IMG/VR virus record: IMGVR_UViG_3300006621_000005
DNA: 64,000 nucleotides
Reading direction: 5' to 3' (one strand)
Origin: an uncultured virus (IMG/VR IMGVR_UViG_3300006621_000005)
Lineage: Duplodnaviria; Heunggongvirae; Uroviricota; Caudoviricetes
Shown: positions 19,904 through 29,123 of the stretch, piece after piece
Layout of the letters: every line of letters begins with the position of its first letter
Position numbering within the stretch: the first letter of the stretch is position 1
The notes under the pieces: model-generated
Database searches by the model: none
Told to the model about the DNA's origin: nothing
Seen by the model: only the letters and a program-made list of their open reading frames with translations
Made by a program: the position numbers and the translations under genes

Positions 19904-21325
19904 ATGGCAGATTTAGATTTTAGAACAAGGAATGAGTTTAAAAAAGGCTCTCGAATACGTTTGATCGATGAAGATCCAACATTTTTGAGTTTTCTTATAT
20001 TATTCCATTTTGACGACCATCCTGATGTTGGGCACTCGCCCCTGCTAGATGGTACGGCAGAACGTTATCTACAAGATGTAATTAGAGATGATGTTGGAAA
20101 TAAACTTGCTGATAATTTAAAGAACTTTAATAGAGTATTAAGAAAGGTTAATCAAGAAATGCCTTGGTTTTGGCAGGGTTTAAAAGGCTTAGATGCTGCT
20201 ATGACTTATGGTGATATGACAGAACCATGGAGAGGTGCTGAAAAACCAGAACTAGAAATTACATGTCTAGAAGAAAACATGGAGTTTACAGCAATTGGTT
20301 TAATGGACTTATATAAAAGAGCTTGCTTTGATTTTGAAAGATATGTAGAAGTAGTACCTAGAAACTTAAGAGAATTTTCAATGGATATAATTGTATCTGA
20401 GATTAGAGTATTTCAAAAAGATACTAATTCTAGAAACTTAGGTAGTACTGATAATGAAAATTCTATTTTTGGTAATTCAAGTAATTCTGCTGGAGGTACA
20501 ATAACTGATTTGCATGAAAATTATGTTAATAAAGATTTTGCATCTGCTGATGTAACTCCTTTTGTTAGATTAAGATTTACTCATTGTGAATTTGATAAAG
20601 ATTCTTTAGCTTCGTTTTTTGGTGAATTAACTAAAAACCCAGAAGCTGTAAGACCGAGTATCAAAATTAATTGGGGTACATGTAGACAGATAGATCAAAA
20701 ACTAGGTGCGAACTTGTTTAACGAAAAAGAAGATTCAGATAAGCCTATTAATAAAAGAGTAGAAGAGGCTCAAAAAATCGGTAGAATAGATAATGGCGCT
20801 GGCCAATCTACAGGTCAGAAATATTTAGATGCTATTAGAGGTAGAACGATTGGTAAAGTTGAATCTGTTTTACAAAATGCAAAAGACGCAGCTACTGCTC
20901 AAGCAAATAGTATTGCTAATTCATTTGCTAATCCAGATCAACCAGGTATTGTTAAAAATCTTTTAGATAAAGCAACTGATGATTTAACAGGGTCCTTACT
21001 TTTAGGTAATGTTCACGGATTAGGTGGTACAATAAATGATATATCAACTGCTTTAAAAACAGGTAGCTTAAACGCAGTCGGAAACCTAGTAGGAAATCTA
21101 ATAGGTAAAAACAACGACGGTAACGGAGGTCCTGGTATTGGTGGTTTAGGTAATGTAGGGTTAGCTGGATCTGATTCTACTCCAGATAATATAAAATTAG
21201 GTAAAATTTATGATGAGCTTAATGATAGATTACTTCAACCAGAATTACCATTAGGCCCAGATAATATTCACGGTGATACACCACCAGATACTGATGGACC
21301 AATAAACGAAAACGTACATGAATAA
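19904..21325 (+). CDS. putative tail-tube-fold baseplate protein with Gly/Asn-rich tail
   Basis: Synteny in baseplate module; preceded by GATAGATAA promoter variant at 19892. Confidence 0.45.
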   Translation: MADLDFRTRNEFKKGSRIRLIDEDPTFLSFLILFHFDDHPDVGHSPLLDGTAERYLQDVIRDDVGNKLADNLKNFNRVLRKVNQEMPWFWQGLKGLDAAMTYGDMTEPWRGAEKPELEITCLEENMEFTAIGLMDLYKRACFDFERYVEVVPRNLREFSMDIIVSEIRVFQKDTNSRNLGSTDNENSIFGNSSNSAGGTITDLHENYVNKDFASADVTPFVRLRFTHCEFDKDSLASFFGELTKNPEAVRPSIKINWGTCRQIDQKLGANLFNEKEDSDKPINKRVEEAQKIGRIDNGAGQSTGQKYLDAIRGRTIGKVESVLQNAKDAATAQANSIANSFANPDQPGIVKNLLDKATDDLTGSLLLGNVHGLGGTINDISTALKTGSLNAVGNLVGNLIGKNNDGNGGPGIGGLGNVGLAGSDSTPDNIKLGKIYDELNDRLLQPELPLGPDNIHGDTPPDTDGPINENVHE

Positions 21326-22034
21326 TAATGAGCTTTACAGAGATAATTTACGAGAGACTCATTGGTTAGGTGAAGTGGTTATTAATGAAGACCCACTTCT
21401 ACAAGGTAGGGTCCGAGTAAAAGTATTCGGCAAATTTGATAAACTGACAGATGAAGCTATACCATGGGCTACTCCTATGAATAGAGATCAGGTTGGTGCA
21501 CATGCTGTACCTAGAGTTGGTGATATTGTTGCAGTTAGATTTGACAATGGTAACATCTATCACCCAGAATATTGGTTTCAAGTAGATCAAAACGATGACT
21601 TAAAGGGAGACATCTTAGAAGCATCTGATGCACCACAAGATGTTATATCCCTAGTTTACGATGCAGAACGTAATGTAAGAATTTATCACTCACCAGAAGA
21701 TGGCCTAGTCATTACTAGAGGTGAGGGCGCAAAAGAAAGGCCTATGCTTCAAATTGATGAAGAAGGTTTTATTAAGATTTCTACAGATGCTAAAGTCTTT
21801 TTAGATTGTGGAGATATATTTGTATCTAATACTGGTGAATCTGGAGCAGATGAAACTGAACCAGCAGTAAGAGGTCAATCTCTACAAGATTGGTTACAGG
21901 CTTTATTGGATGACTATAATGCACATATACATCCAACAGGTGTTGGTCCATCTGGACCACCGATGCCACCTACTCCAACAACTGTAGCAAAATTATCTAG
22001 TACTCATATTAACTATCAACAAAAGAACAAGTAA
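21318..22034 (+). CDS. baseplate central spike (gp5/gpV OB-fold) with HxH apex motif
   Basis: GEVVINEDPLLQGRVRVKVFG, PWATP, VPRVGDIVAVRFDNGNIYHP; C-terminal AHIHPTGVGPSGPP. Confidence 0.9.
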   Translation: MNNNELYRDNLRETHWLGEVVINEDPLLQGRVRVKVFGKFDKLTDEAIPWATPMNRDQVGAHAVPRVGDIVAVRFDNGNIYHPEYWFQVDQNDDLKGDILEASDAPQDVISLVYDAERNVRIYHSPEDGLVITRGEGAKERPMLQIDEEGFIKISTDAKVFLDCGDIFVSNTGESGADETEPAVRGQSLQDWLQALLDDYNAHIHPTGVGPSGPPMPPTPTTVAKLSSTHINYQQKNK

Positions 22035-22037
22035 GCT

Positions 22038-23846
22038 ATGCCTGCAATGTGGCCTAAATTTATTCCTGACTTGGCTAATACTATTACAAGCCAACAGTTT
22101 ACTAAACCAGGTGGAGCTATAGTTTCTTACGATCTTCCTGAGTTCAAATCCGAAGTAGGTAATCCACTTAATAATAGTTTAAAATCTAATAAAGCTGATT
22201 ATGTAAATGCGATTAATCCAAACCCATTATCTGGTAGATATGATTTTGGTGTTCAAGTTGCAGAACATTATATTGAAGCTGTAAAAAACAATGCACAAAC
22301 ACATGTTGCAGAATTCCATATTAATAATGGCGCTGCTGAGATGTTATTAAAACAGGGATATGGTATTGCATTTGAAAGATTATTAAGAGAGGGTGATGTA
22401 CCTCTAATGGACCAATATGATGAAGATGGTAATCTGATTGAAATGGGTAAAGAGTCACATCCTGCTTATGCAGACTTTTGTCCGGAGGTGGAACAACCAA
22501 GCGCTGAAGAATTAGCAGAATTAGAAAAAGAAAACGATAAAGCTTTTAATCAATTTGTAGATGCGGCTAAAGACGAATATGACTTATATAAATTTAAGTT
22601 TTTTCAATTTCCATGTATTAGTGGTAACGAGACTCAAGATGAATTAGAAAAGATATTTGCATCTAGGCTACTACAACAATTCGAAAGAATTACAAATAAG
22701 AATACTAAATGGGAATTCTATATTTGGTTAGCATGTCTTGGTTCAGAAAACTATAGCAATTCAAGTGGATTTGGTAGTGGTTGGTCTGGCATGCCATACC
22801 CTAATGTTAATACTACTGCTAGAAATGATATTGAAGATGCTGGTTATGATTGGAAACAGTTGGTAGATAATGTTAGTACTCTTTGTATTGAAGCTATTCA
22901 TGAAGTACATCCAGAAGAAGAGGAGAATACATGGACATTCTTTAATACCTCATTATTAAGAAATAGAATTAAAAAAGATCCAACCGGATCGATTACTCTA
23001 CCCCATGAATTGGATTGCCCGTTGAATGAGTACAAAATTCAAGTGGCTTATGATTTTGAACACTATCCACCAGAAAACCCAAGCCAAAGACCAAAGGTAT
23101 TAACCTCAAATGTAGTGGCTACTTTTAGCTGGTACCCTGGAGTAAGAAGTGGTAATTTTACTGCAAATGCAGATGGTGTTGTTACTAACGCACCTAAGTT
23201 TATTAAATCTAAAAATTGGGTAAAGAGTAGATACGAAAAAAATGAATGGGAAAAGAAATGGAGAAAGGTGCCAAAGTCTAAATTGATGGCTGCTTCTAAA
23301 AAGGCAGATGCGCAAAAGGCTTTCTTTCAAATTAACCCAAAACCGGAAGGGACTCTATTTAAGTTTGAATATCATAGAGCTAAATGTGCAAAGAAGAAGG
23401 CTGAAGAATGTGAAGAAGATTTAACAGAGGTAGCACATCCATGGGAGCCCAGTGGTTCGACGCCTGGAGGTAAGACTTATTCTGGAGATCCATATATGAT
23501 GATGGCTAGAGTGACAATTGCATATTGGTATGCTTGTGTTGTTAAACCGTTTAAGCCAACTCCTTCTGCTCCACCGGCTTTGATTGCTCCACCCCTAACA
23601 GGTATTTACATTCCAATTTATTATGGCAGTGCAAATCGACTAGCTAATAATTTAAGAAGAGCATGGAATACAGGTAAGTCTTTTAATATGTTACCAGCAA
23701 CGCAGCCGCCGGCGATGGCAGTAAGTACAGCAGTTGCAGGAGCGTATGCCCTGCATCTACTAGAATTTAAGTTACTTTATCTTGGTGGTATTCCGACTCC
23801 TGCCGGACCAGTTCCAATGGTAGGTTTTGTACCGATTGTATTTTAA
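22038..23846 (+). CDS. hypothetical virion/baseplate-associated protein
   Basis: 602-aa ORF right after spike; Pro-rich hydrophobic C-terminus. Confidence 0.6.
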   Translation: MPAMWPKFIPDLANTITSQQFTKPGGAIVSYDLPEFKSEVGNPLNNSLKSNKADYVNAINPNPLSGRYDFGVQVAEHYIEAVKNNAQTHVAEFHINNGAAEMLLKQGYGIAFERLLREGDVPLMDQYDEDGNLIEMGKESHPAYADFCPEVEQPSAEELAELEKENDKAFNQFVDAAKDEYDLYKFKFFQFPCISGNETQDELEKIFASRLLQQFERITNKNTKWEFYIWLACLGSENYSNSSGFGSGWSGMPYPNVNTTARNDIEDAGYDWKQLVDNVSTLCIEAIHEVHPEEEENTWTFFNTSLLRNRIKKDPTGSITLPHELDCPLNEYKIQVAYDFEHYPPENPSQRPKVLTSNVVATFSWYPGVRSGNFTANADGVVTNAPKFIKSKNWVKSRYEKNEWEKKWRKVPKSKLMAASKKADAQKAFFQINPKPEGTLFKFEYHRAKCAKKKAEECEEDLTEVAHPWEPSGSTPGGKTYSGDPYMMMARVTIAYWYACVVKPFKPTPSAPPALIAPPLTGIYIPIYYGSANRLANNLRRAWNTGKSFNMLPATQPPAMAVSTAVAGAYALHLLEFKLLYLGGIPTPAGPVPMVGFVPIVF

Positions 23847-24253
23847 CCCCAGTCTTTTTCGAAAGTATACCAATGGTCTGCAGACGCACAGTCGCGCAGA
23901 GCATCTAGAACCATATAAACCTTTTCGTCAATAGTTAGATTGTTTAGAACGGCGCCTACGTGCATCTCAATTAGTTCATCATTGTCAAGGTAGGAAGATA
24001 CTTGTCTTGCAATTCCAGTAATAAGTCGGTAAGCATTATCTTCAACTCCGTTGTATCTACTACCGGCATAATACTCTGTGTAAGTATCTACTTCAGACGC
24101 TTGCTTAATCATCTTATCCCAGAGTTTGTCGCCGAGTAGATCTCGAACCTCTTGACAGATAGATTGGATTTGATCTTTGTGTTTAAGAACAGCTTGGTAG
24201 CCTGAGCCACCAACGCCGTTACATTTGATTTTTTTATAGTTAAATTGTTTCAT
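23843..24253 (-). CDS. hypothetical protein (putative early gene)
   Basis: 136-aa ORF coupled to the upstream minus-strand gene. Confidence 0.75.
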   Translation of the reverse strand: MKQFNYKKIKCNGVGGSGYQAVLKHKDQIQSICQEVRDLLGDKLWDKMIKQASEVDTYTEYYAGSRYNGVEDNAYRLITGIARQVSSYLDNDELIEMHVGAVLNNLTIDEKVYMVLDALRDCASADHWYTFEKDWG

Positions 24254-24726
24254 TATGCTTCTACTAAAGTTATATTTTTAAAAGAGTCTTCTAATTTGTA
24301 AGCGTTATCGGCCCAAGTTTTAGAACCAATTGAGTTCCAGTGACCATGATCGGCCATCTTAGGGAAGCTACTATGGATAGTACCTATAGTTATGTTCTCC
24401 AAGATACAGTTTGCCACTGTGGCGAACTTATTGGCTTTAAGTGCCAATGCAGTTAAATAAGTGTCTGACCCAGGGTGAGTAGACTTAAGTTCGATCGTCT
24501 GTAAGGCATTCTTCTTATACCTATTAACTAGGGCTTTAAGTGTGGATTTACCTTCAGTAATAGTCATCCAACCGGCAACACATTTAGTAACGACCCTATA
24601 GTCGTATTCTACATCCCATTTAAAGCCATATTCGCTTGTATGGAACTTGTGCATTTTACCGTTAATGTTTTGCTCGATAGAGTAGACTGTTTCGTCGCTA
24701 TACCCCTTGTGTTCTTTAATATACAT
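24253..24726 (-). CDS. hypothetical protein (putative early gene)
   Basis: 157-aa ORF directly downstream of the 47-bp repeat promoter. Confidence 0.75.
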   Translation of the reverse strand: MYIKEHKGYSDETVYSIEQNINGKMHKFHTSEYGFKWDVEYDYRVVTKCVAGWMTITEGKSTLKALVNRYKKNALQTIELKSTHPGSDTYLTALALKANKFATVANCILENITIGTIHSSFPKMADHGHWNSIGSKTWADNAYKLEDSFKNITLVEA

Positions 24727-24740
24727 AATTTGTGTTTGTT

Positions 24741-24787
24741 TTTAATTACAGTACTAATATACGAAAAATAATTGACATAAAAAAATT
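24741..24787 (-). promoter_or_regulatory. 47-bp repeat, putative host-RNAP early promoter (copy 1)
   Basis: 45/47 identical to 57106-57152; minus strand TTTTTTTATGTC-AATTATTTTTCG-TATATTAG resembles Bacteroidetes -7 TAnnTTTG element. Confidence 0.75.
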
Positions 24788-24831
24788 ATTTGGTACTTTT
24801 TTTGTAAGAAAAGCCAACTTTTTTTGAAGAC

Positions 24832-24839
24832 GATATATA
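24832..24839 (+). promoter_or_regulatory. GATATATA putative late promoter
   Basis: 14 nt before ATG 24846, divergent from the early promoter. Confidence 0.7.
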
Positions 24840-24845
24840 AATTAT

Positions 24846-25214
24846 ATGAAAACACCTATTATTAAATATAATGATAAATTTTTAGATCGCGTAGGTCTAT
24901 TAATGAGGATCGGCGGTATTACTCTTTGGCCGTTTGTTATCTTAAGAGAGATTTACGATTCGACTCCACCGTGGAGAAGAAAGGCGGCTAGGATAATTAA
25001 CCACGAGACTATTCATATTAAACAACAAGAAGAGATGTTAATTATACCATTTTATATTTGGTATGTAACTGAGTGGTTTATTAAACTATTCTTTTATGGT
25101 AAAAAAGCCTACTATAATATCTCGTTTGAAAGAGAGGCTTACGATAATGATGATAACTTAAGCTACCTAAGTGGTAGAAAACATTACGCTTGGATAAAAC
25201 GCGTACTTAAGTAG
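24846..25214 (+). CDS. small HExxH membrane-associated metallopeptidase-like protein
   Basis: GITLWPFV, NHETIHIKQQ.EMLIIPFYIWY, ISFEREAY. Confidence 0.7.
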   Translation: MKTPIIKYNDKFLDRVGLLMRIGGITLWPFVILREIYDSTPPWRRKAARIINHETIHIKQQEEMLIIPFYIWYVTEWFIKLFFYGKKAYYNISFEREAYDNDDNLSYLSGRKHYAWIKRVLK

Positions 25215-25221
25215 ATATATA
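25214..25221 (+). promoter_or_regulatory. GATATATA putative late promoter
   Basis: Before the S1-like gene. Confidence 0.7.
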
Positions 25222-25249
25222 ATATGTTACACTGTTAATCTAAAAATAA

Positions 25250-26530
25250 ATGTCAGATAAAAAAAGACGCAGAATTTCTGCAGCCCAAGAGGCAAGCACA
25301 GTTGAATTAGTTGAAACTATTCAAAGACCCACAGAAGAAATTAAAGAAGTAAAAGAGGAAACTCAAGATCCCCACGCACAATTCTACGATGAGAATGGCG
25401 AGTTCTTATGGGACGCATACGAAGCTACGTGTGTTACTAAAACCAGAAAACCAAATCCACATATTAAAACTAAACATGGTGATAAGGTCTATTCAAGAGA
25501 ACCTTATGCACAAGAGCTATATGACATTTTAAGTGAACATAGTCCTGAAATTAAACCAAGTTTAAATATCGGGGAAATTCATGCCGGTACTATTTATGCA
25601 GTAGACCAGGAGTGGATTACTGTTGATATAGGATATAGAGAGTCTGTATATGTAAAGGCTTCAAAAGAGTCTGAGGAGGTTAGAATGATGTTGCCTGGTG
25701 AAGAGACTGCAGTCTTAATCACAGAAACAAAAGGTACATTAACTGGATCCATTACAGGTGGAGTGAAGCATAAAACTTTCATGGACTTAAGAGCTGGTAT
25801 CGAAGAGGGTAATACTGCCTGGATCGGTAAAGTTAAGAATATGATTGAGAATGGCGGTTATATTGTAAGAGTTCAAGGTATAGATTGTTTTATGCCAGGT
25901 TCACTTGCAGGTATTAATAAACTTTCTGACTTTAGCTCTATTGTCGGTGAAGAGATTTATGTAGTACCAGTGAGCTTCTCTCCAGATAGAGGTACAATTG
26001 TGGTATCACATAGAAAATATTTACAGGCTTTAATTCCACAAGCTATTAATAACTTAAAAGAAAATATACAAGAACCTAAAGAAGGTAACGTAACCGGAAC
26101 TGCAAAGTATGGAGTTTTTGTTGAGTTTGATAAATGTTTAACTGGGATGATTCATAATAATGAATTAAATGAAGATACTTTAGCTAGATTTAAGAGTAGA
26201 GATATTAAACCAGGCGAGCCAATTAAATTCTTTGTAAAAGATATTATTAGTAATAATAAAATTACTCTAACTCAAAAAGAGGGGGCTGCGGTTAATCCAT
26301 GGATTAATATTTCATCAAGATACCAAATACCTTCTATTGTTGCTGCAAAGGTAAAGACTAAAAAGGATTATGGTATATTTGTAAATATCGAAGAAGGCGT
26401 AACGGGTTTATTACATGTAAGCGAGCTTCCAGATAATAAACTTGAAGAATATATGATAGGTGATTCTTTAGATGTACAAATTACTAGAATTGATGAATCG
26501 TCTATGAAGGTATTTTTAAAATTACCCTAA
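25250..26530 (+). CDS. rpsA: ribosomal protein S1-like multi-S1-domain RNA-binding protein
   Basis: About four S1 repeats: VDIGYRES, GGYIVRVQGIDCFMPGS...IVVSHR, GTAKYGVFVEF...GMIH.NEL, DYGIFVNIEEGVTGLLHVSEL. Confidence 0.85.
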   Translation: MSDKKRRRISAAQEASTVELVETIQRPTEEIKEVKEETQDPHAQFYDENGEFLWDAYEATCVTKTRKPNPHIKTKHGDKVYSREPYAQELYDILSEHSPEIKPSLNIGEIHAGTIYAVDQEWITVDIGYRESVYVKASKESEEVRMMLPGEETAVLITETKGTLTGSITGGVKHKTFMDLRAGIEEGNTAWIGKVKNMIENGGYIVRVQGIDCFMPGSLAGINKLSDFSSIVGEEIYVVPVSFSPDRGTIVVSHRKYLQALIPQAINNLKENIQEPKEGNVTGTAKYGVFVEFDKCLTGMIHNNELNEDTLARFKSRDIKPGEPIKFFVKDIISNNKITLTQKEGAAVNPWINISSRYQIPSIVAAKVKTKKDYGIFVNIEEGVTGLLHVSELPDNKLEEYMIGDSLDVQITRIDESSMKVFLKLP

Positions 26531-26544
26531 TAACTATCCCAACA

Positions 26545-26579
26545 GAGTTTGATATATATTCAAAAGTAATATCATACTC
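26545..26579 (+). promoter_or_regulatory. GATATATA promoter (26551-58) embedded in a hairpin that covers the translation-initiation region
   Basis: GAGTTTGATAT / ATATCATACTC inverted repeat (one mismatch), ATG at 26585. Confidence 0.6.
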
Positions 26580-26584
26580 TTAAC

Positions 26585-27895
26585 ATGCAAAAATTAAACG
26601 CATCTTCGGATAGGCAATCTATTCTAAACGCTAGCCAGATTGGAATTGAGTTTGAGTTTTATTCTAATCTAGAATTAGAGGAAACACAAAAATCTATATC
26701 TGAGCTAGTAAATAGAAAGATTAAGTTAGAAGATAAAGCACATTCTGATTTCCAGCCAAGCGCTGATGTCTTCAAGATGGAACCTGATATGTCAGGTGGT
26801 AAAGGCTTAATTGAACTTGTAACAGGTCCTATGCCTTATAGAAATGCTAGGATTGTAATTCAAAAAATGTTAAGATGGATTGAAAAGAACGGTTATACAA
26901 ATGACCGAGCTTCTATCCATCTTAATATGTCATTCAACCCTGATTTCTTAGTAGATAAAAATATGGTTCAACACATGTCTGTGTTGAAATTCATTCTAGA
27001 GTTTGATGAGGCTAGAGTATATAAGTATTTTCCAAATAGAGAAGATTCTACTTATGCAAAATCTATTAAGTGGATTATGCCAAAACATGAAGCTTTCTAC
27101 TATAATGAAAATCTAATTAGTTCGGACAACTTTACCTTCGCTAATACTAAATACTATGGTATTAATTTTGAGAAGGCACAGAAAAACTATTTAGAGTTTA
27201 GATATTTAGGCGGTAAAGGTTATGAGAAAAGAGTAGATGATATTCTACACCTTGCGGATGGATTTATTATGTCTATCTTTAAATCTTGTTTTAACCCTAA
27301 ATTTACACCCGAGAATAAAATTGAACTTAAGCGTATCTTAGAGAAGAATAGACCTCTAATGGAAATGCTAAAAGACTATAAGGCGGTAAATAAATATTGG
27401 AAGAAGATAAATATATTAGTAGACTTAACAGATAACGAACAAGTGATCGAGGTACAATGGAATAGATTTAAACAAAAAGTTCTAGCGTTACTCGCCCATG
27501 GTGGTATGGAAGAGGGTATTATTAACTACGATTCCGACTACGGTATGGTACAGGTTAAAGGTGGTAAATTTAAAACCGCATATTTGTTAGATGGTTTTGA
27601 GTTTATAGACTGCGAACTGTCAGGCAACATCGAGAATAGTGGTATTTACGGTGGAATCGTTGACGGCGCACAAATAGTAAGATCGCAACTCTATAAAGGT
27701 TGTGAAGTAAAGGATTCAAAAGTTGAGTCTTCTTATGTGCATGGTAGTTGTCAATTAACAAATTGTTTTGTCTTTGGAAAAGATGGTATTTTCAAAGGTA
27801 GAATGGTTGGAGGTATTTTCAGAGAGGGTGGTATTGGTCCACATGCTAGATTTGATGATACTGAAATAGTGGTAAGCACAAAAATAAATAGTTAA
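26585..27895 (+). CDS. putative amidoligase (COOH-NH2 ligase, Amidoligase_2-like) with C-terminal beta-helix-like repeats
   Basis: IGIEFEF, EPDMS, IELVTGP, SIHLNMS, KYYGINF, LEFRYLGG. Confidence 0.75.
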   Translation: MQKLNASSDRQSILNASQIGIEFEFYSNLELEETQKSISELVNRKIKLEDKAHSDFQPSADVFKMEPDMSGGKGLIELVTGPMPYRNARIVIQKMLRWIEKNGYTNDRASIHLNMSFNPDFLVDKNMVQHMSVLKFILEFDEARVYKYFPNREDSTYAKSIKWIMPKHEAFYYNENLISSDNFTFANTKYYGINFEKAQKNYLEFRYLGGKGYEKRVDDILHLADGFIMSIFKSCFNPKFTPENKIELKRILEKNRPLMEMLKDYKAVNKYWKKINILVDLTDNEQVIEVQWNRFKQKVLALLAHGGMEEGIINYDSDYGMVQVKGGKFKTAYLLDGFEFIDCELSGNIENSGIYGGIVDGAQIVRSQLYKGCEVKDSKVESSYVHGSCQLTNCFVFGKDGIFKGRMVGGIFREGGIGPHARFDDTEIVVSTKINS

Positions 27896-27896
27896 A

Positions 27897-28739
27897 ATGA
27901 GTGAAATAAGATCAGGTAACGAAACTAACTTAAACACCGAAAGATCATTCGGGGATAATTGTTTAAACGCATTCCTTCAAGAATTAGGTGATGACATGAC
28001 TGGCGCATGTATGGTTCCTGTTAACCTACCTCAAAGAGAAATTATTAATATAGTTAAAAGAGCTAAGAAATGGTTCTATAAAAACTATGAAGACTCTGTT
28101 AGAGAGAATTATTATCACGTCCCGGCGGAAGTATTTAATTCTACATATTTTAAAAATCATAGATCTTTAAATTTACCTAATGCAAGTGTAGATGGATCGG
28201 GTGCAGTATTTTCTGTATTTGGTGTACATGATACTGGTTCCGGTTTTAATTCTACTGGAGGTGGATTAGATGTAAGGTTTCAAGGTGGTGGAGACTTCGC
28301 TTTAGAGAAGATGTTATTTAGAGGAATGTATGAAGGTGCTGGAGGTGCAGAAGTTGCAGAAGAATTACAATACTATGTATTAAATCAATCTTTAGCTGAT
28401 ATGTCTAGACAGATTATGGAAAATCCTATTTCATTTCAATACTCAAGATTAACTGGTGAGTTAAAGATTTTAGGTGATACTCCTAAGAAGGATGTAATTC
28501 TACATGTATACGAAACTCTACCTGACTGTGCAATTTATGAAGATGAAATATTTTTTAGATATTGTTCTGCTAAAATAAAGCAGTCTTTAGGTGCCAAACT
28601 TGGTATCTTTAAATTTGCATTACCTGGTAATGTAGAATTTGATTACGACGCAATAAAAGACATGGGAGACACCGAATTAGAGTCGATTATTGAAGAAATT
28701 AAGGGTGACGAAGGCGTGGACTGGATGTTCCACTCATAA
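27897..28739 (+). CDS. neck/head-completion protein (T4 gp13-like)
   Basis: AKKWFYKNYEDSV and AKIKQSLGAKLGIFKFALPGNVEFDYDAI..MG..ELE.IIEEIK match the gp13 pattern. Confidence 0.75.
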   Translation: MSEIRSGNETNLNTERSFGDNCLNAFLQELGDDMTGACMVPVNLPQREIINIVKRAKKWFYKNYEDSVRENYYHVPAEVFNSTYFKNHRSLNLPNASVDGSGAVFSVFGVHDTGSGFNSTGGGLDVRFQGGGDFALEKMLFRGMYEGAGGAEVAEELQYYVLNQSLADMSRQIMENPISFQYSRLTGELKILGDTPKKDVILHVYETLPDCAIYEDEIFFRYCSAKIKQSLGAKLGIFKFALPGNVEFDYDAIKDMGDTELESIIEEIKGDEGVDWMFHS

Positions 28740-28759
28740 TGAGCCGAATACATATATAA

Positions 28760-29116
28760 ATGGATTTTTACATTAAATACATAGGTGACCCTAACTATCA
28801 AACTGACGTTGTACAAAACAATGGTGAGATAGAACAGCTGTTAACGCAGATTGAGACTACTCTTTTTACTAGAAAGAATGATGTGCTAGGTGAACCTGAT
28901 TTTGGATGTAATTTAGAAGATTTGGTATATAGTTTAAACCAAAATGAATTCCAAATTAGAAACGAAATTGAAAAACAAATATCTAATTATGTACCTCTTT
29001 CTAGAAAATATGCTACAGCAGTAGATGTTAAGTTTTTTAAAGGTGAAGTTAGAGATATTTGTTATGTAGACATTACTATAAATAATGAGTACACAATCCA
29101 AGTAAATTTAAGATAA
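28760..29116 (+). CDS. baseplate wedge subunit (gp25-like)
   Basis: LFTRKNDVLGEPDFGCNLEDLVY, IEKQISNYVP. Confidence 0.88.
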   Translation: MDFYIKYIGDPNYQTDVVQNNGEIEQLLTQIETTLFTRKNDVLGEPDFGCNLEDLVYSLNQNEFQIRNEIEKQISNYVPLSRKYATAVDVKFFKGEVRDICYVDITINNEYTIQVNLR

Positions 29117-29123
29117 ATAACTA

